Assembly: GCA_964384235.1 (NCBI GenBank)
Contig: CAYLJX010000001.1
Coordinates: forward strand, 305,709-369,708
DNA from: an uncultured Bdellovibrionales bacterium
GTDB taxonomy: Bacteria; Patescibacteriota; Minisyncoccia; Moranbacterales; UBA1568
Length of the DNA stretch: 64,000 nucleotides
Direction: 5' to 3'
Within the stretch, counting starts at the first letter, position 1; every line of letters begins with the position of its first letter. The notes below the pieces were generated by a model. That model saw only the letters and a list, made by a program, of their open reading frames with translations, had not been told where the DNA came from and did not search any database. The position numbers were made by a program, and so were the translations under genes. Shown one piece after another: positions 19,857-28,159 of the stretch.

Positions 19857-20564
19857 CTACAGCGTCGCGACGACGAAGATTTCAGCCGCTATTTCCGGGT
19901 ATTTTTCTCCAAGTTTCATAAACGCGGCGATCATCTGCGGCGTCCAGGTCTCATCAATCTGCTTGTTGGAAACAGGTTTCAGCCAATACCCTTCCATTTT
20001 TTTCACGGTAAGCCCCGCTTTCTCGAAATCTCTCCGGAGTTCCTTGGCGGAATACACTCTCTGATGCCCATGGTGGATATCCAGTTCATTGAGAGAGTTA
20101 GTCTTCTTCAGAAGACCCATCTCGACCGCCGCCTGCCTATGGATGGAATTAGCATTGGGTACCGCTACGAGAATGACTCCTCTTTTCTTCAGGAATCCCT
20201 TCACGTGTTTCAAAACACGTACCGGATCATGGACGTGTTCGAGCACGTGTCCCAGTACGATATTGTCGAACTTTTCATCCGTGTTGAAGTCTTCAAACAT
20301 GGAGTGATGAACCCTTATCTTCGGATACCTCCGTTTCAAGTCATCGCAAAACTTTTCGGCTCCTTCCACGACCGAAAGATCCCGGCCCGATTTGACGAAA
20401 AAATCAGTCATGACACCTTCCGCTGGACCAAGCTCCAGGATATTTCCCTTTCGAAGGTGTCGGGAAAAAACCACGTAGGAATATTCCACCATCGCGGCAC
20501 TCACCCCTTCGGCATATCGGGAATGCTTCGCTATCTTCTGCAAAGATTTCAAGTCATGAGACAT
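19857..20564 (-). CDS. Class I SAM-dependent methyltransferase
   Basis: ILELGPAEG, HVLEHV, VPNANS motifs. Confidence 0.88.
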   Translation of the reverse strand: MSHDLKSLQKIAKHSRYAEGVSAAMVEYSYVVFSRHLRKGNILELGPAEGVMTDFFVKSGRDLSVVEGAEKFCDDLKRRYPKIRVHHSMFEDFNTDEKFDNIVLGHVLEHVHDPVRVLKHVKGFLKKRGVILVAVPNANSIHRQAAVEMGLLKKTNSLNELDIHHGHQRVYSAKELRRDFEKAGLTVKKMEGYWLKPVSNKQIDETWTPQMIAAFMKLGEKYPEIAAEIFVVATL

Positions 20565-20566
20565 AT

Positions 20567-21565
20567 TCAGGCCCTTTCTATTAACTCAATGATTAGTCCG
20601 TTGGAAAACATGATGAAACATATTTCTCTTGAATTGAACGCCACCGAAGGCCTCTTGGGTGATACGATCCTTCCTCGGAATTTCCGTGTATACAGATGGA
20701 TAGCGACATCGATATCATCGACAAGATAGGCAAAATGATAGAACTTTACGCCCTTCTCGAGCCACACGTCAAGCGTATGGGACGAAGGCAGATTTTCCAG
20801 CAGCTCCAGTCTTGGTTGGTTTTTGGAGACCAGAAAAATGCCTTTTACCCCCTGAAGAGAGTCTTCAAAAAAACTCTTTTCCAGAACGTACCCGACCATT
20901 TCCCATATTTTTTGTTCCGTATCGATGCTCCGCGTCGCGATACCAATATGATGGAATTCCATCTTCGATATCTCTTGCTTAAGGAACCGATCATGCATCA
21001 TCTTGACGATCATTTCTGCCTTCTTAGCCATAGATCCACTACTCCAGATTTCCCGATCCACGAAGTGTTCAACCGCATCGTACTTTACTCCTTCGATTTC
21101 GAACTCTCCCGGCAATATCCCTTTGTTCAGGGCCCCGAACGAATCATGGAAAGACACGACTGCCACATTGTCTTTCACCGTTCTTGAGTACACGCTCTCA
21201 AGTCCGAGTATCTCAAATGCCACCCTGTACATAAGATAGGCGGACTCTACGGCAGCAAGACTCTCCGGAAGGATAATCCATCTCCCCCACTCGGCGATTT
21301 TCTTCTGCTGATCGATATCATAGATACCCACCAGCCCCTCGGGCTTCCCGGTCAGCATGTTCTCTATGACGAAATAATAGTCGTTATCCCGCTCATAATA
21401 CTTTTTCATCCAGTCTTCCTGAAGGGAGACATCCCGAGAAACAGCATGAATATACCTGTTACGCTCAGAATGTCCGGCACGGACATCCACGATAAAACCG
21501 GCGTCCTCGATCTCTGCCGGACGCAACAAATAAGAGTATCCTGAAATCGAAATCGCATGCTTCAT
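20567..21565 (-). CDS. GNAT N-acyltransferase fused to VOC/glyoxalase-like domain
   Basis: N-terminal half has AEWGRW and NVAVVSFH. C-terminal half has FHHIGIA, RLELLE, YHFAY, IELIE. Confidence 0.8.
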   Translation of the reverse strand: MKHAISISGYSYLLRPAEIEDAGFIVDVRAGHSERNRYIHAVSRDVSLQEDWMKKYYERDNDYYFVIENMLTGKPEGLVGIYDIDQQKKIAEWGRWIILPESLAAVESAYLMYRVAFEILGLESVYSRTVKDNVAVVSFHDSFGALNKGILPGEFEIEGVKYDAVEHFVDREIWSSGSMAKKAEMIVKMMHDRFLKQEISKMEFHHIGIATRSIDTEQKIWEMVGYVLEKSFFEDSLQGVKGIFLVSKNQPRLELLENLPSSHTLDVWLEKGVKFYHFAYLVDDIDVAIHLYTRKFRGRIVSPKRPSVAFNSREICFIMFSNGLIIELIERA

Positions 21566-21792
21566 GAAATTTCTTTTGATCTATGAAGGACCTCTTCGAT
21601 AGAACGTACGGATTTCATGGAGGGGATATCAGCACTGTCGATAGCCACGCCGAGCTCCTGCTCAAGACAGAATACGATCTCTATCATCTGCAGCGAATCC
21701 CAATACCGTTCATGATCCTTATCGAGCTCCAAGACCTCCTCTTTTGATTTCTTTAGCACGCTGGCCAATATTTCAACGATTTTTTCAGTCAT
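21562..21792 (-). CDS. Acyl carrier protein
   Basis: 76 aa, acidic, with WDSLQMIEIV phosphopantetheine site. Confidence 0.88.
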   Translation of the reverse strand: MTEKIVEILASVLKKSKEEVLELDKDHERYWDSLQMIEIVFCLEQELGVAIDSADIPSMKSVRSIEEVLHRSKEIS

Positions 21793-21806
21793 AACGATTT
21801 CTTAAT

Positions 21807-23444
21807 TTAATGATTATCGACCAGTATAGTCACGTGATTACTGTCTATATCAAAAAGATCCTGAGGCAACACGGCATACCCATCCTCCTTGAGTTCTTGA
21901 TTGGTTATTTTCTGCAACCATGCCCGAGCTGGCTGATTACGTTCTCCTTTCTTATAGTTAATTCTCACCTCCTGAGAAGCATGTTTCTGCCGCATTATGT
22001 CCATAGCCTTGAGCAGCATAACGTCTTCGATTTCTCTCCCGAGCGCGCGGCAACTCACGAATGCCTCTTCGATGACCAAGACACCGTCGGAAAAACTCGT
22101 GATAATCGTTCCTATCAGTCCGCTGTCGGAAAGTCTGTCCTTCAGGGAAAAATCAACGACGTCCTGAAAATCCCGTCGCATGCGCTCCAAGACCTCTTGC
22201 TCGTTGAGTCGCAGGTAAGAAAAGATAAACTGATTGGTTTTCCCGCCAAGTTCCGTTATTCTCGAAAGATTTTTTTCGTCGTTTACATGATACGAGATCC
22301 GAAGATCCAATTGCCTGATATATTCCTCTTGAGTCAACGACTGTCTCAGATGTTCCCTTGCCTCGTTTGACCGGAGATCAGCCAACCGTTTCGCATCATC
22401 CTTGGTAGTCCGCCATTTGAATATCCCTGGGAACGACATCAGGGCATGTATAGTGCTGGACGGATCACCACTGTCCGCCAAGATCATCCTGATATCAGGG
22501 AGATTTGACCCAACGGAAGATATCTCGCCGATATTGTCGTCGATAAACAGCATGCTGTCCGGAGCGATCCTCAAACGCTCCGCGATTTTCAGGATATTCG
22601 AGGCCTTTTTTTCCCAGGAAATTTCTACAGCAGAAAAATCTTCCCATGTCAGGGGGAAATCCTTTCTTTTTCTAAACATTTCTTGGACATCCTGGATCTC
22701 GTTTTTTGAGACAAGACTTAAAAAAAATCCTTTTTCCTTGAGTTTCTTGAGCTCTTCCTGAAGCCGCTTGTGTTCTTCGGTCAGAATAATACCTTCAGTA
22801 CCGTCTTCTCCTAGAACACCGGCATACAGCGTGTTGTCCAAATCAAGGACAATCGCCTTTATGTTTGGCTGGAAGATAGACGGGAGAAGCGACATTCCTA
22901 ACCATCGGGCCATTTCAAGGCAGGCTGCATTGCTCAACCTGGTAGCCGTAATCTTACGGAAACGTTCGTCATAAAAAGATTCCCCCATCTGGTTTCGGAT
23001 TACGTTTGTATCCGCGACATAACATCCGCTCATGCCGAGATTTTCTGAAAAAACAGCTTCTCCTCCTACTCCGACAACCAAGATATCTGCTTTAGTCTTC
23101 TTCCTCAGAAAACCGAGACGATCCCACAAGAAAGATCTGACATCAAAATCCTTTCCATAGTGATCAAAATCGATCCAGAGCAATACCAGATCGAGATTAT
23201 CGGGAATATCGGAAAAACTGAGACTATCATCATAACTCCCATACGAGAAACGAGCCTGTATTCCGGAGTATCCCAGAAACGATCCGATTACGGATGCTAC
23301 GGGTTCGAACGAGTGGTTTCTGTACACATAAATCCTTACAGTCCTTGTGATCTCCTGCTCAGGACATGACATCAGTTCCATCCTGTTCAAGGTTTTCTTG
23401 AACAGGACCTTCTGCAAATCGATTTTTGACATCAAAGCATTCAT
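21807..23444 (-). CDS. FkbH-like HAD-IIIC phosphatase / glyceryl transferase
   Basis: LDLDNTLY, SKN, FIDDN, KTNQF, SCRALGR motifs. Start at the ATGA overlap with acpS. Confidence 0.9.
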   Translation of the reverse strand: MNALMSKIDLQKVLFKKTLNRMELMSCPEQEITRTVRIYVYRNHSFEPVASVIGSFLGYSGIQARFSYGSYDDSLSFSDIPDNLDLVLLWIDFDHYGKDFDVRSFLWDRLGFLRKKTKADILVVGVGGEAVFSENLGMSGCYVADTNVIRNQMGESFYDERFRKITATRLSNAACLEMARWLGMSLLPSIFQPNIKAIVLDLDNTLYAGVLGEDGTEGIILTEEHKRLQEELKKLKEKGFFLSLVSKNEIQDVQEMFRKRKDFPLTWEDFSAVEISWEKKASNILKIAERLRIAPDSMLFIDDNIGEISSVGSNLPDIRMILADSGDPSSTIHALMSFPGIFKWRTTKDDAKRLADLRSNEAREHLRQSLTQEEYIRQLDLRISYHVNDEKNLSRITELGGKTNQFIFSYLRLNEQEVLERMRRDFQDVVDFSLKDRLSDSGLIGTIITSFSDGVLVIEEAFVSCRALGREIEDVMLLKAMDIMRQKHASQEVRINYKKGERNQPARAWLQKITNQELKEDGYAVLPQDLFDIDSNHVTILVDNH

Positions 23445-23815
23445 AGAAGATTCAATGCGTCCCTGGAAACGATCACGCAAGCCACTGCGCTCATCTCATC
23501 ATGAGAAAGGCTAATTTTTGAAACGATACCTTCTTCTTTTACATATCGGACCTGGGGACAACCCCGTTCGTCGTGGTAAATCTCGATTTCATCCAGAGAA
23601 ACCTTCTCCGTGTCGCTCCCGATGCCTGATAATGCCTTTATAAAAGCTTCTTTGGCACAAAACCGGGCCGCGAAGTGCTGCTCCGGATACGACATCGAAT
23701 CACAGTAACGCCGCTCGCTTTCGGTGAAAATCTTTTCATAAAAAGAATAGGGCTTGTTCCTGAAACGGGAAATTTGCTCGATATCCACACCGATTGAAAT
23801 ACTTTCGAGACTCAT
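23441..23815 (-). CDS. acpS: Holo-ACP synthase (4'-phosphopantetheinyl transferase)
   Basis: IGVDIE, AARFCAKEAFIKAL, ISLSH motifs. Confidence 0.92.
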   Translation of the reverse strand: MSLESISIGVDIEQISRFRNKPYSFYEKIFTESERRYCDSMSYPEQHFAARFCAKEAFIKALSGIGSDTEKVSLDEIEIYHDERGCPQVRYVKEEGIVSKISLSHDEMSAVACVIVSRDALNLL

Positions 23816-24234
23816 TTTTGCAACTGTCTTAAAAATTCCTCATAACTTCTGATGTAGTCGCTCTCGTTGTACTCCTCGCTCGCCAGTACCATCAGAGCGG
23901 CGCCTTTTGAAAAGTTTTTCATCTCCCTCCAGATCATTCCCTCTATATACAACCCCTTATCAGGCCAATCAAGCGTATACTCCTTTCGTTCCTTTCCGTC
24001 ATCGCAGACGACTACACATGAACCACTGATCGAAATAAGAAGCTGTTTCAGTTCCCTGTGAGCATGATGTCCTCGTACCGTTCCGGGAGTGGTATCGAAA
24101 ATGTAGTAAACTCGCCTGATATCGAACGGAACATGGTCCGTATTGGACTCTAATGCCACAAGGTTTCCCCGATCATCACCGATCGGTTTCAACCGTACCA
24201 CTTCCACTTTTTGCACTAGTGAACATTCATTCAT
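23812..24234 (-). CDS. dTDP-4-keto-6-deoxyhexose 3,4-ketoisomerase (FdtA/QdtA/WxcM-like cupin)
   Basis: DDRGNL, PFDIRRVYY, RGHHAH, DYIRSY motifs. Confidence 0.9.
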   Translation of the reverse strand: MNECSLVQKVEVVRLKPIGDDRGNLVALESNTDHVPFDIRRVYYIFDTTPGTVRGHHAHRELKQLLISISGSCVVVCDDGKERKEYTLDWPDKGLYIEGMIWREMKNFSKGAALMVLASEEYNESDYIRSYEEFLRQLQK

Positions 24235-24260
24235 AGCCCCTCCTCTAAACTTATGGCTTT

Positions 24261-25007
24261 TTATTCTTTTGACCCGCTTTGGCGAAGATATTCCTCACCG
24301 ACGCGCTTCGGATCTCCAAGCATCACTACCTTCCCTCCTTGTATCATTATTAGCCGGTCACAAAAATTCTCCGCAATTTCTATATCGTGAGTGACAAGAA
24401 GCACCGTCTTTCCCTTTTTCTTGTATTGATCAAAAATAGACAGGCATTTTTTCTGAAAATTACTATCACCTACCGCGAGGACTTCGTCCATAAGGAGGAT
24501 GTCGCGGTTGGCGTGGATGGAGACAGCGAAGGCGAGACGCACCTGCATGCCGCTCGAGTAGTTCTTGAGCTTCTGGTCGATGAAGCGCTCGAGCTCGGAG
24601 AACCGGACGATGTCGTCGAACTTCTCATCGATCTGTTTCCTCGTCATACCGAGAACCGTCGCGTTGAGATAGACGTTGTCCCTGCCGGAAAGCTCCGGAT
24701 TGAAACCGATGCCAAGCTCGAGAAACGGAGAGATCATCCCGTTCACCCGCACGCGGCCCTTGTCCGGCTGGTAGATGCCGGCGAGGATCTTGAGAAGGGT
24801 CGATTTGCCGCTCCCGTTTCGTCCGATGATACCGAAAAATTCCCCTTTCTTTACCTCGAACGACACGTCGTCAAGCGCCTGGAATTCTTCGTACGTCTTT
24901 TGCTTGAACGCCGAAACGACGGCTCCGCGCACGGAAGAGATCTTCTCATGGGGAATGCGGAAGGTCTTGGAGAGATGTTCGACTTTGATGGCTATTTCTT
25001 TGTCCAT
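24261..25007 (-). CDS. wzt: Polysaccharide ABC exporter ATP-binding subunit
   Basis: GRNGSGKST, YSSGMQVRLAF, LMDEVLAVGD. Start at MDKEIAI. Confidence 0.92.
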   Translation of the reverse strand: MDKEIAIKVEHLSKTFRIPHEKISSVRGAVVSAFKQKTYEEFQALDDVSFEVKKGEFFGIIGRNGSGKSTLLKILAGIYQPDKGRVRVNGMISPFLELGIGFNPELSGRDNVYLNATVLGMTRKQIDEKFDDIVRFSELERFIDQKLKNYSSGMQVRLAFAVSIHANRDILLMDEVLAVGDSNFQKKCLSIFDQYKKKGKTVLLVTHDIEIAENFCDRLIMIQGGKVVMLGDPKRVGEEYLRQSGSKE

Positions 25008-25015
25008 ATTTGCTT

Positions 25016-25795
25016 TTAGAGGTCTTCGGCTACTTTCGGGGCGAGCTTGCGATACGAGAGCATACTCAAGAAAAACACCGTGACGATGAGAGCGACGAAA
25101 ATACTCCCCTGCCAAAGTTCAGGAAAGTGACCGTTGATGAGCGATTCCTTGGTGAAGTGGATGATGAAGGCCATCGGATTCATGAGCAGGATCTGCTGGA
25201 TGTAGAGCGGCATGAGCTGGAGCGCATAAAAGACCGGCGTCGCGTAGAAGAGTATCTGGAGGAGCACCTCCCAGATCATCGAGAGGTCCCGGAACTTAGC
25301 GTAGAGCGGCGCCGTAAAGAGCGAGAAGGAAATGATGATGCCGTAGATGAGAAACGACGAGAAAACGAACAGTACGATCGCTCCCGGACTCGGCAGAAAC
25401 TGGTTCCAAACGAAAAACGCCACGACCACGGCCAGGTTCATGACGTAGATCATGGCGGAATTGAGCGTCGAAGCAAGAATGATCGTCCAACGCGGGATAT
25501 ATATCTTGGTCACGAGCTGGGACTTGGAAAGAAGCGACTGCATCCCGGCACTCGTCCCCTCGGAGAAAAAGTTGAACATTAGGATGGCCACCAGGAGCTG
25601 GAGCGAATAATACTCACCCCCCGCTATCCGGTTGGCAAAGATGGAAGAGAAGACGAAGTTGAGGATCGTAAAGGTGAGAAGCGGCTTCAGAAGGGCCCAG
25701 AGATAGCCTAGTACGGATCCGTGGTAACGGAGCTTGAAGTCCGTCTTGGCAAGCATCCAGATGAGCTCGTAATAATTTTCGTGTTGACGTGACAT
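25016..25795 (-). CDS. wzm: Polysaccharide ABC exporter permease
   Basis: LRYHGSVLGYLW, FRDL, FYATPVFY, NPM motifs. Confidence 0.92.
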   Translation of the reverse strand: MSRQHENYYELIWMLAKTDFKLRYHGSVLGYLWALLKPLLTFTILNFVFSSIFANRIAGGEYYSLQLLVAILMFNFFSEGTSAGMQSLLSKSQLVTKIYIPRWTIILASTLNSAMIYVMNLAVVVAFFVWNQFLPSPGAIVLFVFSSFLIYGIIISFSLFTAPLYAKFRDLSMIWEVLLQILFYATPVFYALQLMPLYIQQILLMNPMAFIIHFTKESLINGHFPELWQGSIFVALIVTVFFLSMLSYRKLAPKVAEDL

Positions 25796-25812
25796 AGAGC
25801 CAAGTATAGCAC

Positions 25813-25840
25813 AAAAAAACGCCCATTAAAAGGCGTTTTT
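25813..25840 (-). terminator. Intrinsic terminator
   Basis: AAAAACGCC...GGCGTTTTT hairpin with A/T tracts on both sides. Confidence 0.6.
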
Positions 25841-25862
25841 AAGGCAAAAGAGGTTTACCCTT

Positions 25863-26207
25863 CTAATCTTCCCTGTTATTCAGTGCCCAGTGGGCGAGGG
25901 TGTTGATGACGGAGAGGACGAGGGCGCCGAGGATGGCGACAAGGAGACCCTGCACCTCGAAGCCCTTGATGATGCCGCCGAGCATGTAGAGGAGGAAGCC
26001 GTTGAGGATGAACGTGAAGATCCCAAGGGTGAGAATGTTGATCGGAAGCGTGAGGATAAGAAGGACCGGTTTGACCGTGATGCCGATGAGCCCCCAGAGG
26101 AGCGCCAGGATAAGCGCCGTACCGAACCCTTTCACCGCGATACCGGGGATGATGTACGGGAGCGAGAGAAACGCAAGCGCCGAGACCAACCATTTGAGCA
26201 GCAGCAT
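25863..26207 (-). CDS. Phage holin family (YvlD-like) membrane protein
   Basis: VKPVLLILTLPINILTLGIFTFILNG motif. Confidence 0.85.
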   Translation of the reverse strand: MLLLKWLVSALAFLSLPYIIPGIAVKGFGTALILALLWGLIGITVKPVLLILTLPINILTLGIFTFILNGFLLYMLGGIIKGFEVQGLLVAILGALVLSVINTLAHWALNNRED

Positions 26208-26258
26208 AGGACAAACTTATAACTTACAACTCACAACGAGCGACTGACGACGAAAAAA

Positions 26259-27686
26259 TCACTTCTTGATGTTCTTGCGGCGGCGGACGACGGCCGTGAC
26301 GGTCTTGAGACAGATGAGGATATCGAGCCACAGCGACCAGTTCTCGATATAGAAGACGTCGAGACGGTACTCGTCCTCGAACGGCAGGTCGGAACGTCCC
26401 GAGACCTGGGCCATGCCGGTCACACCCGGCTTGATGGTGAGGAGACGGCGATGATACTCGGAATAGCGCTCCACCTCACGCTCCTGATGCGGGCGCGGCC
26501 CCACCAGACTCATCTCACCGCGCAGGACGTTGAAGAACTGCGGCAGCTCGTCGAGCGAATACCGCTCGATGAAGGCCCCGACTCTCATCTTGCGCGGATC
26601 GTTCTTGATCTTGTAGAGGACGCCGCCTTTTCGGGCGTTGTGTTTCTCGATCAGGTGCTGTTCGAAGGCGAGCGCTTCCTTGATATCCGGGTTTTCCTTG
26701 GTGATGCAGTATTTCCACCGCATGTAGCGGAACTTGTAGACGAAGAACTTGCGCCCGTTCTCACCGATGCGTTCGTTCTTGTAGATGATGGGCCCCTTGG
26801 GATCCTCGAGTTTGATGAGGAGGGCGATGACGAGCATCACCGGCGAAAAAAGCACCGTCAGGACAAAGCCGGCGAAGATGTCATAGAGGTGCTTGAGCAC
26901 CCTCCCCCAGCCGTCGAGCGGCGTGTGCTGGAGCTCGATCATCGGCTCGCCGTTGAAGATCTGCATGGAAAAACGCGACGTCTGGAGCGTCGTCGGGATG
27001 TATTTGTAGGTGATGTTGTTGATCTGACAGAAGTCGAGGAGCTTCTCCAGTTCCTCGTCCGTAAAGGTCGGGTCGCAGACGATGATCTCGTCGACACCCT
27101 TGGCATCGCGGATCGTCTTGATATGACGGAGGCTCAGGTCCTCGATCTGGTCCACGACACGGTAGCCGAGGGAGCGGTCCTTCATCAGGTACCGGCGGAG
27201 CGCCTTCATCTTGTCGTTGTAGCCGATGAGAAGCACCCGGTGGATGCCCGAGCCTTTCCTCAAGAGGAACCATTTCTGCAGACGCTGGAGGAGATAGCGG
27301 GCGAACACCACGTACACGACCACCAGCATCCAGCCGACCAGGATGATGAAACGCGAAGAAAACCATTCGCGCTTGAGGAAGATCGCGACGATCAAGATGA
27401 CCAGCACCAACGACGTCGCCTGAAAGACGCGGTAGGCTTCCCGCCAGAATTTGCGCGTCGTCCGCATGGCATAGAGTCCCTCAAGGGCGAACACGATGAG
27501 GAAGATCGGCAGCACGAACCCGACCACCTGGACGTAGTCGATGAGCGTAAAGTTGACGAACTTCGGGAGAAGATCGTACCCCTGCATCACCTCACGCGCG
27601 TACCATACCGAAAGCGCCGCCAGGGAAATCATGATGAGATCCACGGGGACTTGGACGGCACTGAAAAATATCTCCGATCGTTTCAT
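26259..27686 (-). CDS. Polyprenyl glycosylphosphotransferase (priming sugar transferase, WcaJ-like)
   Basis: N-terminal TM helices plus [23 protein letters not shown] and [10 protein letters not shown]. Confidence 0.92.
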   Translation of the reverse strand: MKRSEIFFSAVQVPVDLIMISLAALSVWYAREVMQGYDLLPKFVNFTLIDYVQVVGFVLPIFLIVFALEGLYAMRTTRKFWREAYRVFQATSLVLVILIVAIFLKREWFSSRFIILVGWMLVVVYVVFARYLLQRLQKWFLLRKGSGIHRVLLIGYNDKMKALRRYLMKDRSLGYRVVDQIEDLSLRHIKTIRDAKGVDEIIVCDPTFTDEELEKLLDFCQINNITYKYIPTTLQTSRFSMQIFNGEPMIELQHTPLDGWGRVLKHLYDIFAGFVLTVLFSPVMLVIALLIKLEDPKGPIIYKNERIGENGRKFFVYKFRYMRWKYCITKENPDIKEALAFEQHLIEKHNARKGGVLYKIKNDPRKMRVGAFIERYSLDELPQFFNVLRGEMSLVGPRPHQEREVERYSEYHRRLLTIKPGVTGMAQVSGRSDLPFEDEYRLDVFYIENWSLWLDILICLKTVTAVVRRRKNIKK

Positions 27687-27714
27687 AGGTTGTAGAGTCC
27701 CCCTCTCCCGTTCC

Positions 27715-28072
27715 TTTTTCAGGACAGATCCGTAAGCCGGATTCTGTTTTCATCGTCATTTCTCTTGTCCCGATGTCACCATCGGGATCCTTGCGGTTCT
27801 CCCATATCTTCCTGAGCTCCAAGAAGATACAAGCGCGACCTTGCACCCGGGTAAGGATTTAGCCGTTTCATTTCTGCCTTCCGACAGAATTATTCCCGAA
27901 GGAACCCTCAGTCTTTCGACTTTGGCGTCACTGTTCGCACCTCGTAGGTCACCCTAGACAGGCGTTACCTGCTACCCTTTGCCGCCGTATAACGGCGGCG
28001 AGTGTCCGGACTTTCCTCACCGACAAAGATTTTCATCTCTACCAGCGCGACGATTCGATCTGTCCTGAAAAA
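27715..28072 (-). ncRNA. rnpB: RNase P RNA (class A)
   Basis: Minus strand contains GAGGAAAGTCCGGAC near the 5' end and ACAGAATCCGGCTTA near the 3' end. The termini pair as P1 (27715-27730 with 28057-28072). Confidence 0.95.
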
Positions 28073-28091
28073 GAACTGGGAAGCGCCTTGT

Positions 28092-28120
28092 ATTCTAGCA
28101 TGAACAAGCAAATCTGTCAA
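28092..28120 (-). promoter_or_regulatory. rnpB promoter
   Basis: TTGACA, 17-bp spacer, TAGAAT, with an extended -10 TG. Confidence 0.75.
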
Positions 28121-28159
28121 TCGAACAGAAGTACATATAATGGCTTAAAAAAGCCATTA

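Noticed and set aside
25863-26207. Prophage suggested by the phage holin family gene
   Set aside because: This YvlD-like family is commonly chromosomal and there are no phage genes nearby.
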